A stretch of DNA of 64,000 bases, taken from assembly GCA_963703345.1 (NCBI GenBank), contig OY969814.1, positions 896,001 to 960,000 on the forward strand, read 5' to 3'. The notes below the pieces were generated by a model. The model was not told where the DNA came from and searched no databases. It saw only the letters and a program-made list of their open reading frames with translations. The translations under genes were made by a program, and so were the position numbers. How positions within the stretch are numbered: the first letter of the stretch is position 1; each line of letters starts with the position of its first letter. This DNA is from an uncultured Chloroflexia bacterium (lineage in GTDB: Bacteria; Chloroflexota; Dehalococcoidia; DSTF01; JALHUB01). Of the stretch, positions 23,304-31,967 are shown piece after piece.

Positions 23304-24862
23304 TACTGACCTGGCTTATCATCTGGGCGTTTGCCGGCGGCATGCTGGCCTGGATATCCGGTCGCTGGAGTCAGCTCTGGCCGCGAGTCATATCGCTGGT
23401 GACGCTGGCTATCAACATGGTCGTTCTCATCGTTATGTGGGTGCACTACTTCGGGCCGAGCAGCCCGGTCCCCAACGGCTCCTACGTCATCGAGACGAGC
23501 CATTCGTGGATCCCGCAGCTCGGCATCAGCTTCCATCTGGCGCTGGACGGCCTGAGCATGCTGCTGGTCATTCTGACGAACTTCCTCGGCATCATGTCCG
23601 TCGCGACGTCCTGGAACGCGATCAAGGTGCGAGTCGGTTTCTTCCACTTCAACCTCCTCTGGATCGTCGCCTCTATTATGGGGGTCTTCCTGGCCCTCGA
23701 CCTTTTCCTGTTCTACTTCTTCTGGGAGATGATGCTCGTCCCACTGTACTTCCTCATCGCCTTCTGGGGCTACGAGAACCGCATCTACGCCTCCATCAAG
23801 TTCTTCATCTTTACCCAGGCGGGCGGTTTGCTGATGCTTCTCTCCATCCTGGGGCTGTACTTCGTCCACGGCCGTGCGACCGGCGTCTACACGTTCAACT
23901 ACACGGAGCTCCTCGGCACGCCGATGGCCGAGTCGACGGCGCGCTGGCTGATGCTGGGCTTCTTCGCCGCCTTCGCCGTCAAGCTGCCGGTGGTGCCGCT
24001 CCACACGTGGTTGCCCGATGCCCATACGCAGGCGCCGACGGCCGGAAGCGTGAACCTGGCGGGACTGGTGCTGAAGGTCGGCGCGTACGGGATGATCCGC
24101 TTCCTGGTGCCGCTCTTCCCGAAGGCCGCCCTCGACTTCTCCGGCGTAGCGATGGGCCTGGCCGTCGCCAGCATTCTGTACGGCGCCGTGCTCGCCTTCG
24201 CCCAGACGGACATCAAGCGACTGGTTGCCTATACCAGCGTCAGCCACATGGGCTTCGTGCTGCTGGGCATCTTCGCCTGGAACCAGTTGGCGCTCGAGGG
24301 CGCGATCATGATTATGCTGGCACATGCCATCACCACGGGCGCCCTCTTCATGCTCTGCGGCGACCTGAACGAGCGGATGCACACGCGCGACATGGGGAGA
24401 ATGGGAGGACTGTGGCAGACGATACCGAAAATGGGGGCCGTGGGTATGTTCTTCGCCGTGGCCTCACTGGGCCTGCCCGGCCTCGGCAACTTCGTCGGCG
24501 AGTTCCTGGTAGTGCTTGGCACCTTCCATGCGAATACGACGATGGCGGTGGTTGCGACGCTGGGACTCATCGTCTCCGCCGTCTACTCGCTGTGGATGCT
24601 GCAGGTCGCCTTCCAGGGGCCGAACGCTCACGGCTGGAAGCTGCCGGACATGTCGCGGCGTGAGGCGGCGATCATGGGCACTATGATAGCGGTCATCGCC
24701 TGGTTCGGGCTGTACCCGCAGAGCGTTCTCTCAACCGCCAGGCAGTCGCTGGACAACTTGCAGCAGATTGTGACGACGACGAAGCCGGCCGAGACGCAGG
24801 GCTACAGCCTCGACCAGCACCAGGCTATGGCCCCGCCGGTCGACGAAGGGAACACGCAATGA
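23300..24862 (+). CDS. nuoM: NADH-quinone oxidoreductase subunit M
   Basis: FWEMMLVP, HTWLPDAHTQAPTAGS, AYTSVSHMG, GLGNFVGE. Confidence 0.96.
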   Translation: MILTWLIIWAFAGGMLAWISGRWSQLWPRVISLVTLAINMVVLIVMWVHYFGPSSPVPNGSYVIETSHSWIPQLGISFHLALDGLSMLLVILTNFLGIMSVATSWNAIKVRVGFFHFNLLWIVASIMGVFLALDLFLFYFFWEMMLVPLYFLIAFWGYENRIYASIKFFIFTQAGGLLMLLSILGLYFVHGRATGVYTFNYTELLGTPMAESTARWLMLGFFAAFAVKLPVVPLHTWLPDAHTQAPTAGSVNLAGLVLKVGAYGMIRFLVPLFPKAALDFSGVAMGLAVASILYGAVLAFAQTDIKRLVAYTSVSHMGFVLLGIFAWNQLALEGAIMIMLAHAITTGALFMLCGDLNERMHTRDMGRMGGLWQTIPKMGAVGMFFAVASLGLPGLGNFVGEFLVVLGTFHANTTMAVVATLGLIVSAVYSLWMLQVAFQGPNAHGWKLPDMSRREAAIMGTMIAVIAWFGLYPQSVLSTARQSLDNLQQIVTTTKPAETQGYSLDQHQAMAPPVDEGNTQ

Positions 24863-26295
24863 CCCGCAGCGGCTGGATCGACATCCTCCCTCTGATCGTC
24901 CTGGCGGCGACGCCGGTGGCCGTGATGATAGCCGTCGCGGTGCGGCGCAACATGACCGTCTCCACCGCCATAACGCTCATCGGGCTCGTGGCGTCGTTCG
25001 CAATGCTGCCCATCGTCCGGACGCAAGACAATCGCCAGGCGACGCCGCTGATCGTGATGGACAACTACGCGCTCTTCTACATTGGGCTGCTGCTGGCGTT
25101 GACGCTGATTCTAGTGTTTCTCTCCTACCGCTACCTGAACTCGCATCCCGGCAACAAGGACGAATACTGGATCCTGCTCCTCCTGGCGACGCTCGGTTCA
25201 TCGGTGCTCGTGGCCAGCACGCACTTCGCCTCATTCTTCCTGGGGCTGGAGATACTGAGCATCTCGCTCTACGCGCTCATCGGCTACAATCGGACGAGCG
25301 CGATCGGCGTCGAGGCCGCGATCAAATACCTTGTGCTTGCGGCCGCTTCCACGGGTTTTCTCCTGTTCGGTATGGCGCTGGTGTACGGCGAGATCGGCTC
25401 GATGGAGTTCGGGCAGATCGCCTCCCTGCACGGCGCCCTCGACGATGGACAGCGCGTCTTCTTCCTGGCGGGCCTTGGGCTGATGACCGTCGGCTTCGGC
25501 TACAAGCTGGCGGTCGTGCCGTTCCACATGTGGGCGCCGGACGTCTACCAGGGCGCCCCGGCTCCGGTGACGGCGTTTATCGCGTCGGTGTCCAAAGGGG
25601 GCGTGTTCGCGCTGCTGCTCCGCTTCTTCACCCAGATCAATTTCCGAGCTGACGACACGCTCTTCTGGATATTCTTCGCCGTCGCCGTCGCCTCGATGCT
25701 GGCGGGCAACCTGCTGGCGCTGCTGCAGAACAACGTGAAGCGCATCCTGGCCTACTCGTCGATCGCTCACTTCGGTTATCTCCTCGTCGCGTTCCTGGCG
25801 AGCGGCAATCTGCGCGTCACCGCGGTCACGCTCTATCTGATAGCCTACTTCATCGCCAGCACCGGCTGCTTCGGCGTCATCACCGTCCTCTCCGGCCCGG
25901 AGCGCGACGCCGACCGCCTCGAGGACTACCGCGGCCTGTTCTGGACGCGCCCGTGGTTGGCGGGCGTGTTCACGGGCATGCTCCTGTCACTGGCCGGCAT
26001 TCCGCTGACGGCCGGCTTCATCGGCAAGTTCTACCTCGTGGCGGCGGGAGCGCAGGACTCGCTGTGGGCGCTCATCATCATCCTCGTGACGGCGAGCGTC
26101 ATCTCGCTCTTCTACTACATCCGCATCATCGTGACCATGTACTCGCGGCCCGAAGGCGAGCCGGAGTCGGCGCCCGTCCCGCCGCTGGCCTCGCCGTCGG
26201 AGGGCTTTGTCCTCGTCGCCACGTCGCTGCTGGCGCTGTGGCTGGGGATCTATCCCGCGGCGCTCATCCACATCATCCCGTCCGTCGTCCACTAG
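24859..26295 (+). CDS. nuoN: NADH-quinone oxidoreductase subunit N
   Basis: EAAIKY, PFHMWAPDVYQGAP, KRILAYSSIAH, GIPLTAGF. Confidence 0.96.
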   Translation: MTRSGWIDILPLIVLAATPVAVMIAVAVRRNMTVSTAITLIGLVASFAMLPIVRTQDNRQATPLIVMDNYALFYIGLLLALTLILVFLSYRYLNSHPGNKDEYWILLLLATLGSSVLVASTHFASFFLGLEILSISLYALIGYNRTSAIGVEAAIKYLVLAAASTGFLLFGMALVYGEIGSMEFGQIASLHGALDDGQRVFFLAGLGLMTVGFGYKLAVVPFHMWAPDVYQGAPAPVTAFIASVSKGGVFALLLRFFTQINFRADDTLFWIFFAVAVASMLAGNLLALLQNNVKRILAYSSIAHFGYLLVAFLASGNLRVTAVTLYLIAYFIASTGCFGVITVLSGPERDADRLEDYRGLFWTRPWLAGVFTGMLLSLAGIPLTAGFIGKFYLVAAGAQDSLWALIIILVTASVISLFYYIRIIVTMYSRPEGEPESAPVPPLASPSEGFVLVATSLLALWLGIYPAALIHIIPSVVH

Positions 26296-26419
26296 CGATC
26301 GGACGTGCGGTCCCTCTCTTCACGGATCTGGCACGGCAGTCGCTTCGGTCTTCATGCTCCACACATCGCCAATAGGTTAATATCGGAGCGGTTCGACGAC
26401 GACCACGGAAAGGACTGCC

Positions 26420-27835
26420 ATGGCCCTCAAAGCACCGTCGCCACAAGACATCGTTATCATGGGTGCGTCCGGCGACCTTTCGCAGCGCAAGCTCATACCC
26501 GCGCTCTACAATCTAGCCGCCGTGAGTCTACTGCCGCCGAGAGGGTCGATCGTCGGCTTCGCCCGCACCGAGCTCAACGAGCAAGAATTCCGCGACCTTG
26601 CCCGGCGCGCGGTGCAGCAGTACTCCCGTACCGGCTTCGATGAGACCGTTTGGGCGGAGCTCGTCCCGCGGCTGACCTACGTCCGCCACGAGGAGGACGG
26701 CTTCGGTTTGCTGGCGCAGAAACTGCACGAGAAGGAGCGGCTGGTATACCTGGCGATCCCTCCCTCCGTGATCCCGGACAGGGTCAACGGCCTGAAGGAA
26801 GCCGACCTCGTTGCTGGCACGCGCGTCGTTGTGGAGAAGCCGTTTGGTCACGACCTGGAGTCGGCCCGCGAGCTGAACCGAATCATCCACCGCGTATTCC
26901 ACGAATCGCAGGTCTTTCGGATCGATCACTACCTGGGCAAAGAGACCGTCCAGAACATCCTCGTATTCCGCTTCGGCAACTCGGTCTTCGAGCGAGTGTG
27001 GAACCGCGATGCCGTTGACCACGTGCAGATGACCGTCGCTGAGTCAATCGGCATCGAAAACAGGGGCGCCTACTTCGAAGAAGCGGGCATTCTACGCGAC
27101 ATGGTCCAGAACCACGTCCTCCAGGTCCTCAGTCTTCTAACGATGGAGCCGCCCTCGAGCGTAGCGCCGGAGTCGATCCGCGACGAGAAGATAAAGGTCC
27201 TGCGCTCCATGCGGCCGCTGAACCCCGCTCGGACAGTGCGCGGCCAGTACGCCGCCGGCGCCGTCGACGGTGTCGGCGTGCCGGGCTATCGCGAGGAGAA
27301 AGACGTGGCACCGCAGTCGATGACAGAGACGTTCTTCGCGGCGGAACTGGAGATCGACTCCTGGCGCTGGGCCGGCGTGCCCTTCTACCTGCGCGCGGGC
27401 AAGCGGCTGGCAACGCGGGCGACAGAGATAACGGTCGATTTTCGCGAGCCGCCACTCTGCTTCTTCGAAGGTACGGCTGTCAAGCACCTGACCTCCGACC
27501 ACCTTGTCATCCGCATCCAGCCGGACGAAGGCATTCGCTTCGCCTTTCTGGCCAAGCGCCCGGGGCCGGAGATCAACGTGCAGCAGGTCAGGATGGAGTT
27601 CTCCTACAGCAGCTCGTTCATGACGAGCCCGCCGGAAGCCTACGAGCGCCTCCTCCACGACGTGATGGTCGGCGACCACACGCTCTTTATGCGCGAGGAC
27701 GCTGCGGAGCGGGCGTGGGAGGTAGTGCAGCCCGCGCTCGAGCAGCCGGCGCCTCTCTGCACGTACCCCGCCGGAAGCTGGGGGCCGGAAGACGCGGACA
27801 AGCTCATCGCGCCGCGGGCCTGGCATCTGCACTAG
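26420..27835 (+). CDS. zwf: Glucose-6-phosphate 1-dehydrogenase
   Basis: GASGDL, EKPFG, RIDHYLGKE, DMVQNH, AYERLL. Confidence 0.97.
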   Translation: MALKAPSPQDIVIMGASGDLSQRKLIPALYNLAAVSLLPPRGSIVGFARTELNEQEFRDLARRAVQQYSRTGFDETVWAELVPRLTYVRHEEDGFGLLAQKLHEKERLVYLAIPPSVIPDRVNGLKEADLVAGTRVVVEKPFGHDLESARELNRIIHRVFHESQVFRIDHYLGKETVQNILVFRFGNSVFERVWNRDAVDHVQMTVAESIGIENRGAYFEEAGILRDMVQNHVLQVLSLLTMEPPSSVAPESIRDEKIKVLRSMRPLNPARTVRGQYAAGAVDGVGVPGYREEKDVAPQSMTETFFAAELEIDSWRWAGVPFYLRAGKRLATRATEITVDFREPPLCFFEGTAVKHLTSDHLVIRIQPDEGIRFAFLAKRPGPEINVQQVRMEFSYSSSFMTSPPEAYERLLHDVMVGDHTLFMREDAAERAWEVVQPALEQPAPLCTYPAGSWGPEDADKLIAPRAWHLH

Positions 27836-27845
27836 CGGGGAACGA

Positions 27846-28847
27846 CTAGGGAGCGCATCTGAGGACCGCCGCGCCGCTGATCTCGCCGGCGGCAAGACGC
27901 CGCAGCGCCTCGTTCGCGTCCTCTAGGTCAAACACGTCGGTCTCCGTCCGAATCGGTATCTCCGCCGCCAGGTCCAGAAACTCGCGGGCGTCGGCGCGGG
28001 TGTAGTTCGCGACGCTGCAAAGATTGCGCTCCCACCACAGGAGCTCGTAGGGGAACTCCGGCACCTTGTCGAGATGGATGGCGTTGATGGCGACGGTGCC
28101 GCCGCGGTCAACCGCTCGCAAGGCGTCGACGACGACCTGCCCCGCCGGCGTGAAGGTTATCGCCCCATCGAGCGGCGCGGGCGGCAGATCGTCGTAGCCG
28201 CCGGCCCACGTCGCCCCGAAGCTCCGTGCCCGCTCCTGCTCGCGTGCCGAGCGAGTGCAAACGTAGACCTCGCAACCCCAATGCAGCGCGACCTGAATCG
28301 TCAGCAGGGCAGACGCCCCAAAGCCGTACAGGCCGAGCCGCTCGCCGGGCTTCACGCCCGATCGCTTCAGCGAGCGGTAGCCGATGACGCCGCCGCAGAG
28401 GAGAGGCGACGCCTGTAGGTCGCCGAAGCCGTCGGGAAGGCGGAACGCGAAGTCAGCGCGCACCGTAACGTACTCCCCGTAGCCGCCGTCGCGGTCCCAG
28501 CCCGTGAAGCGCGCCTCCGCGCAGAGGTTCTCCCGTCCGGAGCGGCAGAAAGAGCAGCGGCCGCAGCTTCCCGCCAACCAGCCGATTCCCGCCCGCTCGC
28601 CCACGTGCCAGCCCTCGACGCCTCCGCCCACCGCCTCGACGCGCCCGACGATCTGGTGGCCCGGAACGACGGGCAGCTTTCGGGCCGCGATGTCGCCCTC
28701 GCAGATCTGCAGATCGGTGCGACAGATGCCGCAGGCCGCGACGCGCAGCAGGAGCTCGCCGGCGGCCGGTTCGGGCACGGGAAGGTCGGTTAGCTTCAGC
28801 GGCTTCTCGTCGATGGGCGCGGCCTTCTCCAGCAGCATCGCCTTCAC
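27846..28847 (-). CDS. Zinc-dependent alcohol dehydrogenase (MDR family)
   Basis: CGICRTD, PGHQIVG, CGRCSFC..ENLC, LLCGG, GFGAS; GTG start overlaps the YihY stop. Confidence 0.9.
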   Translation of the reverse strand: MKAMLLEKAAPIDEKPLKLTDLPVPEPAAGELLLRVAACGICRTDLQICEGDIAARKLPVVPGHQIVGRVEAVGGGVEGWHVGERAGIGWLAGSCGRCSFCRSGRENLCAEARFTGWDRDGGYGEYVTVRADFAFRLPDGFGDLQASPLLCGGVIGYRSLKRSGVKPGERLGLYGFGASALLTIQVALHWGCEVYVCTRSAREQERARSFGATWAGGYDDLPPAPLDGAITFTPAGQVVVDALRAVDRGGTVAINAIHLDKVPEFPYELLWWERNLCSVANYTRADAREFLDLAAEIPIRTETDVFDLEDANEALRRLAAGEISGAAVLRCAP

Positions 28848-29722
28848 GGGCTCACGCTCGCTCTCTGGTCGAGCACCGCATTCAACTCGCCTCCGAGGAT
28901 AAGGATGAAGGCCGTCAGGTAGAACCACACCAGCAGGATCACCACGCCTCCCAGCGTGCCGTAGGTCGAGTTGTAGGAAGCGAAGTGGGCGATATATAGA
29001 CCGAACAGGTACGTGGCGATCAGCCAGACGCCGGTGAACATTACTGTGCCGGGGAGAATGCGCTTGACCGAGAGCTTCGCGTTCGGACCCACACGGTAGA
29101 GGACGCCGACTGCGACAAGGATCATCACTATCGATATGGGCCAGCTCACGAGCGGTAGAAGCGCGGCCGTGGCGCCGCCCAGGCCGATCTTGTCGGCGAT
29201 CTTCGTGCCGGCGGCCTGCGAGATGACGAGCAGCAAGAAGGAGGCGATGATGAGGATCCCGGCGAAGACCGTCAACCCGATGGCGAGCAGGTACCTCTCC
29301 CAGAGCGGTCGCGTCTCGCGAACGCCGTAGGCCCGGTTGAGAATCCTGGTGGTCGCCAGGACGCCGGTAGCGGATGCCCACAGGGTGCCGGCGGCGCCCG
29401 CCGACAGCAGCGCAGCGTTGCGGGAGCTGATGACGGACTCGAGCTGCGTGCGAATGACGCTGATCACGTCGGAAGGGAGCGTGTCGCCGAGAGTGTTGAT
29501 TATCCGGTCGGTCGGATTTTGGACGTTGAACAACTGCGTGATGAAGCCCGAGAGAGCTGCCAGGAAGATGACGAAAGGGAACAGCGCGAGAAAGAATCGA
29601 TAAGCCAGGGCCGCCGCCAGGTTGCCGAGGTCGTCTTCGCCGATTTCCTTGGCGAGTTGCTTGCCTACTCCGGCCGGTCCGCTGTCGGGGATATTGACTC
29701 GCGGCAGGCTCAGCCGTCGCAT
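28844..29722 (-). CDS. YihY/BrkB-family inner membrane protein
   Basis: AAALAYRFFLALFP, LNRAY, YNSTYGTLGGVVILLVWFY..GGELN. Confidence 0.92.
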   Translation of the reverse strand: MRRLSLPRVNIPDSGPAGVGKQLAKEIGEDDLGNLAAALAYRFFLALFPFVIFLAALSGFITQLFNVQNPTDRIINTLGDTLPSDVISVIRTQLESVISSRNAALLSAGAAGTLWASATGVLATTRILNRAYGVRETRPLWERYLLAIGLTVFAGILIIASFLLLVISQAAGTKIADKIGLGGATAALLPLVSWPISIVMILVAVGVLYRVGPNAKLSVKRILPGTVMFTGVWLIATYLFGLYIAHFASYNSTYGTLGGVVILLVWFYLTAFILILGGELNAVLDQRASVSP

Positions 29723-29747
29723 CGTCCCGGACCCGGCCGCCGCGATC

Positions 29748-30575
29748 TCACGAGAGGATGTCCTTCCGATGGAACCACCACCAGGTGAAAATGAGGAAGG
29801 CCAGCGCGTAGGGAAGCTGGATGAGGATGCCGCGCCATACGTCGCCGGTGGCCATGGGCTGCTGGAAAAGGCCGTTCCAGGACTGGAAGTAGTGCGTGGG
29901 CAGGAAGTTGCGACTCGTCTTCAGCGGGGGAATGGCGTCGAGTATCCCCGATACGATCGTGAAGCCGACGCCGCCGAAGACGGCACCGAGAGCGGCGTCG
30001 GTGACGGTGGAAAGCATGAACGCAAAGCAGAGCAGCCCCGCCATGCACCAGGCGACGTAGAAGGTTGAGGCGACGAGACGCCCGAACGCTTCGCCGGGTG
30101 ATAGCGTCGCCACAAGCAGTCCCCCGTTCACTACTGGAATTACGACCGGATGCCAGCCGAAAGCGGCCACTCCGCTCATCAGGCCGATGACGACGATAGC
30201 CAGAGTCGCCACGACCGCGAGAATGGCCGTCACGGCAAGTTTGTTGGCAAGCAGGCGGCTGCGCGATACCGGCCGGACGAGGAGGTAGCGCAGGGTGCCC
30301 CAGTTCGCCTCTTCGGCGATGGCGCCACCGGCAAAGACGGAGACGACGACAGGTAGAAGAAAGCCGGTCATCAGCACGAGCGCGGCGATCGGCAGGTTGA
30401 TACCAGAGCGCGTCACCAGAAGAAAGAGACCCTCCTGCGTTTGGTTGCGCTCGCCGTGCGGCGGGCCGCCAAGCTTGGTGGCCAGCGTTATGATGATGGG
30501 AATGGCGGCCATGAGGCCGAGGGCAAGATAGGTACGAAGCCGCCACACCTGCTTTCGGATTTCGACGCCGATCAT
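29748..30575 (-). CDS. ABC-2 type exporter permease
   Basis: IAEEANWGTLRYLLVRPVSR; about 6 TM segments; coupled to the ATPase. Confidence 0.85.
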   Translation of the reverse strand: MIGVEIRKQVWRLRTYLALGLMAAIPIIITLATKLGGPPHGERNQTQEGLFLLVTRSGINLPIAALVLMTGFLLPVVVSVFAGGAIAEEANWGTLRYLLVRPVSRSRLLANKLAVTAILAVVATLAIVVIGLMSGVAAFGWHPVVIPVVNGGLLVATLSPGEAFGRLVASTFYVAWCMAGLLCFAFMLSTVTDAALGAVFGGVGFTIVSGILDAIPPLKTSRNFLPTHYFQSWNGLFQQPMATGDVWRGILIQLPYALAFLIFTWWWFHRKDILS

Positions 30576-31486
30576 CTCTCCTCCGTCGCCAGCATCTGCA
30601 GGAATGCGTCCTCAAGCCGGTGGCGCGAGGTGATCGTCTCGACGCCGACGCCGGCGTGCACTAACGCGGCGACGATGTCCTTCCGCAGCACGCCGTTTAG
30701 CGTGACGGACAGGCCCGGCGGCTCCAGTTCCACCGGCCCGATGCCCTGGAAGCCCTCCAGCACCTTTCTCGCCTTCTCCAGGTCGTCCACTTCCAGGTAG
30801 GCGGTCTGAGCGGCGCCCACCAGCTCGTTGACCGTGCCCGCCGCGACGAGATGCCCCCGGTCCATCACCGCGACGTGGCTGCACACCTGCTCGACCTCGG
30901 CCAGGATGTGGCTGGACAGGAAGACTGTGGCGCCCCGCTGCGACACGTCGCGCAGCACGTTCCGCGTCTCGCGCATCTCCTCCGGGTCCAGGCCGACCGT
31001 CGGCTCGTCGAGCAGCAGGAGGTCGGTCTGTCCCAGTAGCGCCTGCGCGATGCCGAGTCGCTGCCGCATGCCGGTGGAGTAAGTGCGCACCTTGCGGCGG
31101 ATCGCCTTGCCCAGGTCGGCGATGGCCAGCGCCTCCTCCATGTGCGCCTCGCGCAATGGCTGGCCGCCGGCGCGCCAGAACAGCTTGAGGTTATCGAGGC
31201 CGGACATATGGGGCACGAAAGCCGGTCGCTCCACCAGCGCGCCAACGCGGCGCAGCGTCGGATACCCGGGCCGCACCGGCAGCCCGAAGAGTCGCGCCTC
31301 GCCGGCCGTCGGGTGCACGAGGCCGAGGAGCATGCGAAGGACAGTCGTCTTGCCGGCGCCGTTGGGGCCGAGGAGTCCGAAGACCTGGCCGCTCTCGACC
31401 TTCAGGCTGAGGTTATCCACCACCATGCCGGCGTTCGCGAAGCTCTTGCTCAGGCCGGCAAGCTCGATGGGAAAGGCATCGCTCAC
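30572..31486 (-). CDS. ABC exporter ATP-binding protein
   Basis: GPNGAGKTT, YSTGMRQR, LLLDEPT, SSH. Confidence 0.93.
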   Translation of the reverse strand: MSDAFPIELAGLSKSFANAGMVVDNLSLKVESGQVFGLLGPNGAGKTTVLRMLLGLVHPTAGEARLFGLPVRPGYPTLRRVGALVERPAFVPHMSGLDNLKLFWRAGGQPLREAHMEEALAIADLGKAIRRKVRTYSTGMRQRLGIAQALLGQTDLLLLDEPTVGLDPEEMRETRNVLRDVSQRGATVFLSSHILAEVEQVCSHVAVMDRGHLVAAGTVNELVGAAQTAYLEVDDLEKARKVLEGFQGIGPVELEPPGLSVTLNGVLRKDIVAALVHAGVGVETITSRHRLEDAFLQMLATEER

Positions 31487-31589
31487 AATGGCAACGTCTC
31501 TGTTCCAGTTCGTAACAGCGAAAGTCGTAGCGCTCGGTTCAATCCGAGGCGTTCTTCTCTTATTCTACGACATTGGCGGGCGCTGCGTG

Positions 31590-31913
31590 TTACAGCCTCA
31601 GTTTGCAAGTGATCATGCCGTCCCACTCGCCGACGGGGTGGTCGGAGGTCAGGACGAAGGACTCGGCATCCGGCTTGTAGCGGATGCTGATCTCGCCGGC
31701 AAGCTCCTGCGCCTGCTGGTCGATGACGAAGGTCAGGCCGTCGACCTCTTCGACGAGGTCCGATTCGTGCCCCTCGTCGACGAGCAGACCCAGCGAGGGG
31801 TCGCAGCAGCCGGTGAACTGCAACTCGATGCGGATGGGCTTCTGCGTCCCCGTTTCGGATAGCAGCGATTTCATTGCCGCAGATGCCGCGGGATCTACTT
31901 TGACTATCGCCAT
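31590..31913 (-). CDS. HesB/IscA-like small protein
   Basis: IRIELQFTGCCDPSLGLLVDE..DLVEEVDGLTFVID pattern; C-terminal Cys. Confidence 0.7.
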   Translation of the reverse strand: MAIVKVDPAASAAMKSLLSETGTQKPIRIELQFTGCCDPSLGLLVDEGHESDLVEEVDGLTFVIDQQAQELAGEISIRYKPDAESFVLTSDHPVGEWDGMITCKLRL

Positions 31914-31967
31914 GAAGTTGAGGGGACGGGACAAAACGCCCCGTCTCCGTTCTCCCTTCGAATTCAG

